Positions 51,340-62,870 of a DNA stretch of 64,000 bases are shown in pieces. The stretch's first letter is position 1; each line of letters opens with the position of its first letter. The notes under the pieces were generated by a model. It had not been told where the DNA came from, made no database searches, and worked only from the letters and a program-made list of their open reading frames with translations. Made by a program: the position numbers and the translations under genes. This DNA comes from Octopus sinensis (lineage: Eukaryota): NCBI RefSeq assembly GCF_006345805.1, contig NC_043008.1, positions 57,164,001-57,228,000 of the forward strand. The letters run 5' to 3'.

Positions 51340-52190
51340 CTTAACACTGAATGAGACTGAAAATAGGGGGATAAAGAAGGGAATGTATGGACAATTTCAT
51401 AGGGATGTTGAAGATAAGACATACAGAGAAAAAAGATGGCTGTGGATGACTAAAAGTGATTTAAAACCGGAAATGGAAGCTCTAATGTGTGCTACTGAAG
51501 AGCAAGCATTAAGAAGCAATTACATCAAATACAGAATAGACAACACATCAGAAAGTGATAAGTGCAGAATTTGTGGACAAAATGGTGAAACAGTATGGCA
51601 TATTACCAGCCAATGTACGCCACTAGCCTAGAAAGAATATAAGAGACGTCATGACAATATAGCAAAGATTGTCAATTGGACACTTTACAACAAGTATGGA
51701 CTTGACAGAGCAAAAAAGTGGTACGAGCATAAATCCGAAGGCATCATCGAAAATGATAATGTAATGACCTTATGGGATTTTATGATTCAGTACGACCGTG
51801 AGACAGGGCATACGATCCAGACATAGTGTTATTTAAGAAAGAAAGCAAACGGTACTGGATCATATATATAGCATGCCCAACTGACAACAAGGTATGCGAT
51901 AAGGAAGAAAGAAAAGTCAATAGATATGACAGGTTAGCTCGGATCGCTGAACAAGGTGGTAGTAGTACCAATAATTGTCGGAGCCCTGGAAACAATGAGT
52001 AAAAATCTTGAGAATTACATGGAACAAATAGAGACTGCAATAAGAAAACAGCACAGATAGGAACCGCTCGAATACTCCGGATGGTGCTCGAAACATAAGA
52101 GGTGTTACCTTAGTTCACTGATCGTGAGCAGCTGGTACCGTATTACATCTCCAGCGTTAGAAGCTGTGCAAAGACAATAATAATAAAAAT
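51340..52190 (+). mobile_element. R4/Dong 3' fragment (another subfamily) with 3' UTR and (AAT)n tail
   Basis: MYGQFHRD...SDLKPE.EAL.CA.EEQALRSNYIK..IDNT.ESDKCRICGQNGETVWHITSQC; then EYKRRHDN and a PD-like endonuclease motif. Confidence 0.88.
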
Positions 52191-52261
52191 AAAAATAATA
52201 ATAATAATAATAATAATAATTTTAAAATCATTGACGTAACTCTTCACAAAGGTAAACAGTC

Positions 52262-52485
52262 AAGATGAAGAGCGCGATTCGATTATAATAGATATTTTAT
52301 TGGTTGAACGATATTTCGACAGTAAGTCTGTCTTTGTCAAGTTCAAAATAAAAAATGATAAAAAAATTCAAAATTATAGGCATTTAAATTTTTATAATTT
52401 TGAATTTTTATCACTTCTTATTTCGAACTTGACAAAGACAGATTACTGTCGAAATATCGTTCAATCAATAAAATATCTCTTCATC

Positions 52486-52487
<2 letters not shown>
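52262..52487. ncRNA. Inverted repeat carrying two minimal hammerhead ribozyme motifs (52306-52344 minus, 52425-52462 plus)
   Basis: Plus: GAAC-TTGACAA-A-GACAG-ATTA-CTGTC-GAA-ATAT-C-GTTC. Minus: the same with loop ACTTA. Stem I, stem II, the palindromic helix III and an AUC cleavage triplet are all present. Confidence 0.65.
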
Positions 52488-52519
<32 letters not shown>

Positions 52520-52574
52520 TAATAATAATAATGATCATTTTCTTATGCTTTCTTGAACATTCTCTAGAACAACA

Positions 52575-52696
52575 CTATTTACAAAATATATGGAACCCTC
52601 GGCATAACATCAACAGGAACTTCTAACTTGTTGTCTCTCGAGGTCTCTGGGTGAGACTTGGAGCCAACTTGTACAAATGCAAAGCAAAAGTCAAAC

Positions 52697-52748
<52 letters not shown>
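52575..52748 (+). mobile_element. Solo R4/Dong 3' UTR plus (AAT)n
   Basis: GAGGTCTCTGGGTGAGACTTGGAGCCAACTTGTACAAAT...GCAAAAGTCAAACATATAATAAT, repeated at 53920-53990. Confidence 0.85.
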
Positions 52749-52749
<1 letters not shown>

Positions 52750-52751
<2 letters not shown>

Positions 52752-53973
52752 GGAGGCCGTGGACTTTTACAACTGGCAATAACAACGAAGATTGCTACAA
52801 TTGGCCTAGACACCTACCTGAAAAACTCTGAGGACTGGATGTTAAAACTTGTCTCAAAACATGAAAACAAGAAAGCATCATACTCAGTAACAAAACAGGC
52901 AAAGGAATATCTAAGTGAATTCCGATTACAACAAATTTCAGAATTAGAGATAGACATACAAGAAACAGGCACAGAAAAAGCTAAGCGCATGAAAACCCGT
53001 GCTAAATCTGCAAACTTAGATATTCTGAATGATAAATGGCAAGAAAACCTCTCTATGGCAAATACCCAAAGAGAGCGAATAATGCAGATGTTGACAAAGC
53101 CCTGACCCATCAATGGCTAATGGCCTGTGGCTTAAAATCTGAAACAGGGGGGTTTATCATAGCAGCTCAAGATCAATGCCTACCAACAAGAAACTACCAG
53201 GCCAACATATTAAAGATCGGCAGTAGCCCAACATGTCGTGTATGTCAGCAACAAAATGAAACCATTGATCATGTGGTCTCCAAGTGCAGTCTTCTAGCGC
53301 CTACAGAGTATCTCAACAGGCATGATAGAGCTGCACAATATATTCACTGGGTAATCTGCAAAAACCTGGATTTGCCCCATGAAAAAACTGGTGGGAACAC
53401 AAACCACCCCCAGTACTTGAAAATGACCACATCTCACTCCTCTGGAACTTCACCATTCAAACTGACAGAAAGATAGATGCAAATAGGCCAGACATCATAT
53501 TGAAAGACTTCAAACAAAGAACATGCCTCCTCATTGATATGACTGTCCCAATCGATATAAACGTATCTGTCAAGACCTACCAAAAACTGAGCAAATATAA
53601 AGATCTTGAAATAGAAATCAGCAAAATGTGGAACCTGAAAACTAAAACAATACCTGTTGTCATAGGTGCCCTGGGAATGATAGCAAAAGGGGCTGATTGC
53701 TACCTAACTCAGATACCAGGAAACCCCAAAATGGCAGAAATTCAAAAGATAGTGCTCATGGGAACTGCTCATATTCTACGCAAAATACTTTCTATGTAAT
53801 CTCAAGGTTTAAAACAAACATTTTTTTAGACACCCACTAGTACAACACAAAAAACAACCAAATATATGGCACACTAGGCATAACAACAACGTGAACTTCC
53901 AACCTGATGTCTCTTGAGGTCTCTGGGTGAGACTTGGAGCCAACTTGTACAAATATAAAGGCAAAAGTCAAAC

Positions 53974-54020
<47 letters not shown>
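52750..54020 (+). mobile_element. R4/Dong 5'-truncated copy, relatively well preserved
   Basis: GGRGLLQL; LKSETGGFIIAAQDQCLPTRNYQ; CRVCQQQNETIDHVVSKC; EYLNRHDRAAQYIHW; RPDII.KD; IDMTVPID; KLSKYKDLEIEI..MW; GTAHILRK. A few frameshifts; (AAT)n at both ends. Confidence 0.92.
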
Positions 54021-54023
<3 letters not shown>

Positions 54024-54052
54024 GTAATAATAATAATATAATAATAATATAT

Positions 54053-54352
54053 GCCCTGATGCAGTCCCAGGCACTGGCTCTCATGACTTCTGATTGGAAG
54101 TGTTACCATGCACATTGTTTTGTCTTGGTATAAAAGATGGGCTACAGCAAATATTCTGCTCAATACCACAGATTTGCTTGTCGGTTATTTGATCCTAAGC
54201 AGTTGAGCATGTCCCTTAGTGGCTGGCAATATGTACATCTTTGATCATGAGCAGACATAGTGGTGGGGAGCATCATAGCTATGTGTTGGGAGGAATTCTA
54301 TGGAGTTTCCTTTATCAGACGGGTAGCCATGATGGGTATACTGGGCTCACTC
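54053..54352 (+). mobile_element. Family D element, internally deleted
   Basis: Starts GCCCTGATGCAGTCCCAGGCACTGGC, ends GGGCTCACTC-(AAT)n. Confidence 0.8.
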
Positions 54353-54395
<43 letters not shown>

Positions 54396-54614
54396 GCCCT
54401 GATGCAAAACCAGGCACTAGCTTTCATGGTATATCCTCATGCAACACCAAGTACTGGCTCTGGTGGAATGGCCTGATGCAATACAACGCACACATGGTTG
54501 TCATGCAAGTGCCTGGTGTACCCTTATCAGACGGGTGGTCATGATGGGTATACTGGGCTTGGTATATTTTACCCTGTGTCACTTTGATGCCATCCGCTGC
54601 TCATTCATTCCATC
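54396..54614 (+). mobile_element. Family D element, second internally deleted copy
   Basis: Starts GCCCTGATGCAAAACCAGGC, retains GTACCCTTATCAGACGGGTGGTCATGATGGG, ends in (AAT)n. Confidence 0.75.
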
Positions 54615-54639
54615 ATAATAATAATAATAATAATAATAA

Positions 54640-54670
<31 letters not shown>

Positions 54671-55439
54671 AAGAAGAAGAAGAAGAAGAACAACAACAAC
54701 AACACAACAACAACAACAACGTTCCAAATATTGATGACCTTGAGGTTATCAGTTTTGAGGGGAGGAGGCCCTTAGTCGATTGTATCAACTTTAATACTTG
54801 ATTAGTTCCATGATTTATATGGACTCCCAACGCAAGAATGACAAAGATGACCGTGGTTCACTCTCTAGACTCATTCTTATTTTTCAACCATCCAAAATGA
54901 CAAGACCCCTCTATCACGAGGATTGATTACTGTACAATGTACCTTGAAAAGCTAATTCAAATAGCGAAAACCGGTTGGATTTCACGACATCCATATAATA
55001 TATATATATATATTTATAAAAAGATATTAAACTATATGAAACGAAGGCATTTCTCTTCCACTTTTTAAAGAATGTTTTTCCACATATTTTCAACCCATAA
55101 TTTTGCCACGTGGTATATACTGAATCTTTAGTATCTTTGCTCTTTGTATATTTTTATATTTCTATGTATGTATATATATGACATACATACATACATACAT
55201 ACATACATACATACATACATGCATACATAAATACAGACACACGCCAAAAGGTTCCGATCTTAACCGCCTTTATTAAACAAAAGTGAATCATTTTTACAAG
55301 ATGAATAAAACTGAAGCATTTTCTAGTATACCACTAAATACATACTGTGAGCGGATTTTACTTCAGGAAACATATATTTGATAGTGGCTACCAATATTTT
55401 TATTAGTCTCGCATAGATAGAAATTTACAGACAGAGAGA

Positions 55440-56520
<1,081 letters not shown>

Positions 56521-56574
56521 CACACTAATTCACACACACTCAAACAAATACACATACAGGCATATAAATGTGAA

Positions 56575-56690
56575 GGTGGCGAGCTGGCCGAATCGTTAGT
56601 ACGTGTTTACGTCCTGAGGGTAAATTCCGCCGAAGTCGATCATATCGACTTGCCCCGCTCCCGCCAAAGTTTCAGGCCCTGTGCCAATAG
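56575..56690 (+). mobile_element. SINE family C, internally deleted
   Basis: AAGGTGGCGAGCTGGCCGAATCGTTAG...AAATTCCGCCGAAGTCGA...TTTCAGGCCCTGTGCC. Confidence 0.7.
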
Positions 56691-56761
56691 CTGAAATGAT
56701 ATTTAAACTACATGTATATTATATGCTACATTAGGTATTTATTTAATTAAACTCAAAAATT

Positions 56762-57135
56762 TTAAAGAAGAAGAAGATGATGATGATGATGACGAAGAAG
56801 AAGAAGAAGAAGATGATGATGATGATGAAGATGATGATGATGATGATGAAGAAGAAGATGATGATGATGATGATGATGATGATGAAAAAGAAGATGATGA
56901 TGATGGTGGTGATGATGATGATGATGAAGAAGTTGAGGATTATGATGATGATGATGATGATGAAGAAGTTGATGATTATGATGATGATGATGATGAAGAA
57001 GAAGAAGATGAAGAAGGAGAAGAAGAAGATGATGATGATGAAGATTATGATGATGATGATGATGATGAAGAAGGAGAAGAAGAAGATGATTATGATGATG
57101 ATGATGATGATGTTGATGATGATGATGAAGAAGAA
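56762..57135 (+). repeat. Compound (GAT)n/(GAA)n array
   Basis: Directly visible; source of the poly-M/K ORF. Confidence 0.95.
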
Positions 57136-57137
57136 GA

Positions 57138-57930
57138 TAGGTTGGAAGAGGTTTGATTAGTTGCCAGGATTGTATCGAAGCAGAGGAAAACAGTTGAGGG
57201 TGGTATGCAAAAACAAATGCCGTGGAACCTTTGTTGAAATATGTGAGAAGGCTAGCGTCATTAAAACTGATAACTGTGTAGAGAAAGAAATCCTTAACGA
57301 GGGAAAGAACGCTAAAAATGAAACAGCATTGAAGGAAAAGATGTACGGTTAGTTTGCAAGAGATAGGAACGCCAAGACAGATACGGAAGATCGGTGGCTA
57401 TAGATGAGGAAGAGTGACCTGAATACAGAGACGGAAACACTTATATGCGCAGCTCAAGAGCAAGTGTTAAGGACTAACTGAAGTGCAGAATCGACAACGC
57501 TGCCGACAGCGACAAATGCAGAATGTGTGATGGGAGTTATGAAACGGTGTGGCACATGATTAGCGAATGCCCGAAACTGGCACAACATGAATATAAAAGA
57601 CGACATGACAATGTGGCAAAAATGATCTATTGGGACCTCAGTGAAAACCACGGCCTGCGTAGAGCAAAGACGTGGTATGAGTAAGTCCCAGAAGGAGTCA
57701 CCGAGAATGAAAATTGCAAAGTCTGTTGGGGTGCAATGATTCAGAGCGATCACTTGACCAGACATCAGAAACCGGACATTACTGAGGTGGAAAGAAAAAG
57801 AAAGAACATGCATGATAATCGACGTAGCACGTCACGGTGACCACAGGATCAATGAGAAAGAAGAAAAACTGAACAACTATGACGATTTGAAGTGGAAAAT
57901 ACGAATATTGTAATCAATGAGGAGAGTAAT
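57138..57930 (+). mobile_element. R4/Dong fragment (subfamily of 51340-52190), decayed
   Basis: KMYG*FARD; SDL.TETETLICAAQEQVLRTN; DKCRMCDGSYETVWHMISECPKLAQHEYKRRHDNVAK.IYW; HQKPDI. Confidence 0.85.
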
Positions 57931-58200
57931 CGAATAATTCACCTCCGGAAGCATCGGTTCAACATTCTTAAACAACCCTTATCCAGGGACCTTTTGTGAA
58001 GGATGGGCTACTCGAACTGAAGAAATTTCTAACTGGGCCCCACCGTTTATCTTGATATGAGATCACTACGTCGCGCACATACGGCTGTGATGCAGATGCT
58101 TGATGTACCCTTATCAGACGGGTAGTCATGACAAGTATATCGGGCTTCGTATATTTTACCCCAGTGTTACTTTGATGGCATGCACTGCTCTCCCACTCAA
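57930..58200 (+). mobile_element. Family D 3' half fused to the R4 fragment
   Basis: GAATAATTCACCTCCGG...GGCATGCACTGCTCTCCCACTC-AATAAT directly follows the R4 coding relic. Confidence 0.8.
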
Positions 58201-58207
58201 TAATAAT

Positions 58208-58256
<49 letters not shown>

Positions 58257-58259
58257 GTA

Positions 58260-58580
58260 ATATCAGTGATTGTAGGATCTTTAGGAATGATAAAAAAAAA
58301 GGCACTGAAACCTATTTGAAAATGATTCCAGGCTTACCATCCCTACAGGTAGTGCAAAAAATCGTATTAACTGGAACGGCTCATGTACTGAGAAGAGCAC
58401 TATCGCTGTGAAAATAACATCCATCCATGAATTTATTTATTTATTAATTTTTAAATACATATGTTATCTGTGAATTTGCGCGTGTAATCTGGGAATGCAT
58501 ACAATGCCCTTCTCTGCCCTAGGTGTATGGAAAACACTCGGCGAGAAACGGAAGAAAATTTGAAGAAAGAAGGAAAAAAC

Positions 58581-58626
<46 letters not shown>

Positions 58627-58630
58627 TAAT
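58260..58630 (+). mobile_element. R4/Dong extreme 3' end (another subfamily)
   Basis: VIVGSLGMIK / GTETYLKMIPGLPSLQVVQKIVLTGTAHVLRRALSL*, then 3' UTR and (AAT)n. Confidence 0.8.
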
Positions 58631-59283
58631 AATAATAAATAATGGTTTCGAATTTAAGTACAAGGCCAGCAAATTCTGTGTATGGGGTATGTCGACCTGT
58701 GCTCAACTGAGGTTTATTTTATCGACCCGGAAAGGATGAAAGAAGTCGACCACGGCAGAATTTGAAATGAGAACGTAGAGACAGACGGATAATAGAATAA
58801 TAACAGCAACAATAGCAAGCACAACAACAATAATCCTGAAAGACAAGCATAAAGCTAAAACACTACTCTGAATACACACAGATGTACAAACCTGTATTTC
58901 AAGTTAAGAACTACCATATAAAATGATAATGAAACGTTCGTGGCTTAGAGCGTTCTGTCATGTAAAAGATTTACGGTAATAATAATGGTTGCCAGACAAT
59001 TCAGCGATAAATACCGTACCTGAATACTGTGAATAACGACTATTTCATAGCATTAGTTCTCTATGAACTGAATTCCTCCGCTTGAAGTGTATCAATTGAG
59101 TCTAATTCAATCTACTTTGAGTGAAGTACACTCTTGCTGTTTCTCCGAGACATATATTACAATTACCTGTCATTTTGAACTACGTATACATAGGTACATA
59201 TACTCGTAAGTAAATATGTATATATGAATATGTATATAAACATGATATATAGATACACATTTACATTCTTATCTAAAGATATA

Positions 59284-59339
<56 letters not shown>

Positions 59340-59349
59340 ATTATGAATT

Positions 59350-59600
59350 TGTGTGTGCGTGTGGCGTGTGTGTGTGCGTGTGGTGTGTGTGTGCGTGTGG
59401 TGTGTGTGTGCATGCGTCGTGTGTGTGCGTGTGGCGTGTGTGCGTGTGGCGTGTGTGCGTGCGGCGTGTGTGTGCGTGCGGCGTGTGTGTGCGTGTGGCG
59501 TGTGTGTGCGTGCGGCGTGTGTGTGCGTGTGGCGTGTGTGTGCGTGTGGCGTGTGTGTCCGTGCGGCGTGTGTGTGTGTGCGGCGTGTGTGTGCGTGGGC
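59350..59600. repeat. GT-derived minisatellite (GTGTGTGCGTG[T/C]GGC)n
   Basis: About 14 copies of a 14-17-nt unit. Confidence 0.9.
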
Positions 59601-59604
59601 AGGA

Positions 59605-60000
59605 GTGAGTGTGTGGTAAAAAGTTTGGTTCCCAACCACATGGTTCTGAGTTCAGTCCCACTACGTGGTACCTTGAGTGGGGGGTCTTCCATTATAGCTT
59701 CGGGCCGACCAAAGCCTTGTCTTTTATTATAGTTTCGGGCCAACAAAAGACTGTCGTATATATATATGTGTATGTCTGTCTGTGTGTCTGTATCTGTGTC
59801 TGTGTATGTGCGTGTGTTTGAGTGTGCGTGTGTCATTGAATCTGGGTCAGTCCCCCATCCACCACTTCACAACAGGTGCTGTTGTGTTTACGTCCCTGCA
59901 TGTGAGCATTTCTGCAAAACCAGGAGTATATAATAGGCTTTAAAACATAAGTACCCCACAGGGGTCACAATATAATGACTGAAACAAGTAAATGTTATTT
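59605..60000 (+). mobile_element. SINE family A, degenerate
   Basis: GGCAGGAGTGAGTGTGTGG...GAGTTCAGTCCCACTACGTGG...CGGGCCGACCAAAGCC...ATGACTGAAACAAGTAA. Confidence 0.8.
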
Positions 60001-60039
<39 letters not shown>

Positions 60040-60041
<2 letters not shown>

Positions 60042-60370
60042 TGAGATCCCCTTCTGTCATGACTGACCATGGGATTGCACCTAGAAAGTTACCCTCCCAG
60101 GCACAAGTCCGGGCAAGGTTGTTTATGGAAGACCACCAGTCGCCCATGCATACCGGCCGCCCCTCTCCACGCCACCAGTGTTATCCAAGGGAAAGGCAAA
60201 AGGGCCGATACAGCTTGGCACCTGTGACGTCACAACCCATTTCTACAGCTGAGTGAACTGGAGAATGTGAAATAAAGTGTCTTGCTCAAGAACACAATAT
60301 GCAGCCCGGTCCGGGATTGGAACTCAGAACCTCACGATCATAAGCTCAATGCTCTAACCATTGAGCCATA
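60040..60370 (-). mobile_element. SINE with family E-like head/CORE and a different tail
   Basis: ATGGCTCAATGGTTAGAGC head; TTGTGTTCTTGAGCAAGACACTT; tail GGTAACTTTCTAGGTGCAATCCCATGGTCA, also seen at ~33315-33410. Confidence 0.8.
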
Positions 60371-60626
60371 TATATATATATATATATATATATAGTGTGT
60401 GAGAGAGAGAGATGGAGAGAAAGATATACACACATACACACACGCGTGGGTGCGATGGGTAAATTGTCGCCATTTTATATTTTTCATTTCGCGCATGTGC
60501 GTCGTTTGTTTCTGATTTTGTCGACTACACAGCATAGTAGGGTCAGTTGGACACCGTCTGTGAGAAAAATAGCACCATGACGCAATTTACTCTGCCAGAA
60601 ATTAGGAAACGACAAGCTGCACCCTG

Positions 60627-60670
<44 letters not shown>

Positions 60671-61114
60671 TTAGATTTTGGTCGTTTCAGTCATTAAACT
60701 GCGACCATACTGGGGCATCATTTCATTAACTATTTAATTAATTATTTTATTGTTCTAGTTTATTTTTAACCTTATGAGCGACTTTATTTATATCGAAGTA
60801 ATTTCTCTACCTCTTAAATATAGCCACGAAACACGTGTCGTTTTTCTACCTATTATATACGTTTTTATTATTATTTTTTGCAATTTACTTAATCTTTGAC
60901 ATATTATTGTTATTTTAATTTTAATTTTTCTATTATATGTAATTTTCTAGATGGTGTAATTTAATTGTCCATTTTAAATTGAAAAAAGGTGGGTTTTTTC
61001 TCATTTTTTATATATATATTATATTGCATGAAATTTGATTTAGTATTTCTAAATTGAATTTTTTTCCTTGTAAGTTTGGATTTTATTCCCTCAAATAATT
61101 ATATATATATATAT

Positions 61115-61159
61115 GATTGATTGATTGATTCTAGTTTCAGCTTATGAGCTGTGGCCATG

Positions 61160-61162
<3 letters not shown>
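61115..61162 (-). mobile_element. Solo 3' tip of the CR1-group LINE with (AATC)n tail
   Basis: CAGCATGGCCACAGCTCATAAGCTGAAACTAG, identical to the 23191-23222 terminus, followed by AATCAATCAATC. Confidence 0.85.
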
Positions 61163-61195
<33 letters not shown>

Positions 61196-61204
<9 letters not shown>

Positions 61205-61436
61205 ATATGTTACATTACTCAATAGTCAAGATAAAACTCTGAGTTTCAGATGCCGAAGTGGAAATCCACAACACCATCTCTTCGAAGAGATGGTGTTGTG
61301 GATTTCCACTTCGGCATCTGAAACTCAGAGTTTTATCTTGACTATTGAGTAATGTAACATATTATTTTATAGATAAATTTCCTCTATTTACATAATATTG
61401 AGGGCCCTTTCTTTTTTTGTTATCTTACCGTTTTTA

Positions 61437-61440
<4 letters not shown>
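61196..61440. repeat. Perfect 176-bp palindrome (61196-61371) in a pLTR-like repeat
   Basis: Arms match base for base around TTC|GAA (61283/61284); same family as 1372-1604. Confidence 0.9.
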
Positions 61441-61482
<42 letters not shown>

Positions 61483-61704
61483 AAGATGGGTTTTGTTCAG
61501 TTTCCGTCTACCAAATCCACTCACAAGGCTTTTGTTAAGGCCCCCAACTTTTGTTACAGCATGTCTCTATGAGATGGTCACTCTGATGTTTAACTGAAAA
61601 TGCACGGATGGCGAGGGGCATTTTGGAGATCTTCTGCTTGCGATCGAGATTTTTTTCACCCCACCTCCTGATCCCGCAACCCATATTGAGACTGGATATC
61701 TTAC

Positions 61705-61775
61705 CCTGGTTTGTCTCTGGATCATGTCAACAGGGTGAAGGTGGACTGTGAGATAATGTGCAAGCCTTAGTGTAC
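61705..61775 (-). other. Candidate 71-nt exon
   Basis: AATCTGTAG| acceptor (weak), CCAGG|GTAAGA donor; one open frame GTLRLAHYLTVHLHPVDMIQRQTR. No homology recognised. Confidence 0.2.
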
Positions 61776-62112
61776 CTACAGATTTTAAATTGTTCAACCA
61801 GCGTTTATGGTTCCAAGAATATTCATTTTTCCCTTTTATTGCTTAATTCATATTTTATTCACGTTGCCACATCTACTTTATGATATCTCTGCGGACTATA
61901 AAATAAATTCTGAACAATAACGTAACCCCTAATTTAATCAATTTATATTTCTCCACAATACCTCTCAACCACGAACCATCCCTTTAATCGCATTACCATT
62001 CAACTGAATCTCACAAACCCCAGAAAAATGTTATCTCAACAGAGACTATACAAAGACAAGATTCACTTAACGCTTGCCGAAACTTCAACGTCACTGTCAG
62101 TATTCATACTTA

Positions 62113-62527
62113 CTCTTTTACTCTCTCTTTACTCTTTTACTTGTTTCAGTCATTTGACTGCGGCCATGCTGGAGCACCGCCTTTAGTCGAGCAAATCGAC
62201 CCCGAGACTTATTCTTTGTAAGCCCAGTACTTATTCTATCAGTCCCTTTTGCCGAACCGCTAAGTGACGGGGACGTAAACACACCAGCATCGGTTGTCAA
62301 GCAATGCTAGGGGGACAAACACAGACACAAACACACACATACATATACATATATATACATATATACGACAGGCTTCTTTCAGTTTCCGTCTACCAAATCC
62401 ACTCACAAGGCATTGGTCGGCCCGGGGCTATAGCAGAAGACACTTGCCCAAGATGCCACGCAGTGGGACTGAACCCGGAACCATGTGGTTGGTTAGCAAG
62501 CTACTTACCACACAGCCACTCCTGCGC
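62113..62527 (-). mobile_element. Full-length SINE family A
   Basis: GCGCAGGAGTGGCTGTGTGG head to GGCGGTGCTCCAGCATGGCCGCAGTCAAATGACTGAAACAAGTAAAAGAG tail. Confidence 0.92.
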
Positions 62528-62824
62528 GATATATATATATGAAACAATTGTACTACTCTACCTCGGATATACTTGTTGCTTATTTTGATTATATATATAT
62601 ACCAAAAATTTAGAAATAGCAACCAAAGACCGCCTATTCCTTTTTTCTACAGATATTACTCCACATAACTTGTTGCTTAACCCTAATCATATATATAAAC
62701 TTTTTGTGAAAGTTCCAACCGATAATGATTCTCTTTCCATATCGAAACTACTACTTGGTAATAATTATTAATTTTAAAATTAATAATTATTTACCCTTAT
62801 ATTAGTAATGATATATATATATAT

Positions 62825-62870
<46 letters not shown>

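Noticed and set aside
54053-54120. Possible HDV-like ribozyme at the family D 5' end (GCCCTGA with a distant TCAGGG)
   Set aside because: I could not place P1.1, P3 or the catalytic J4/2 in the right order.
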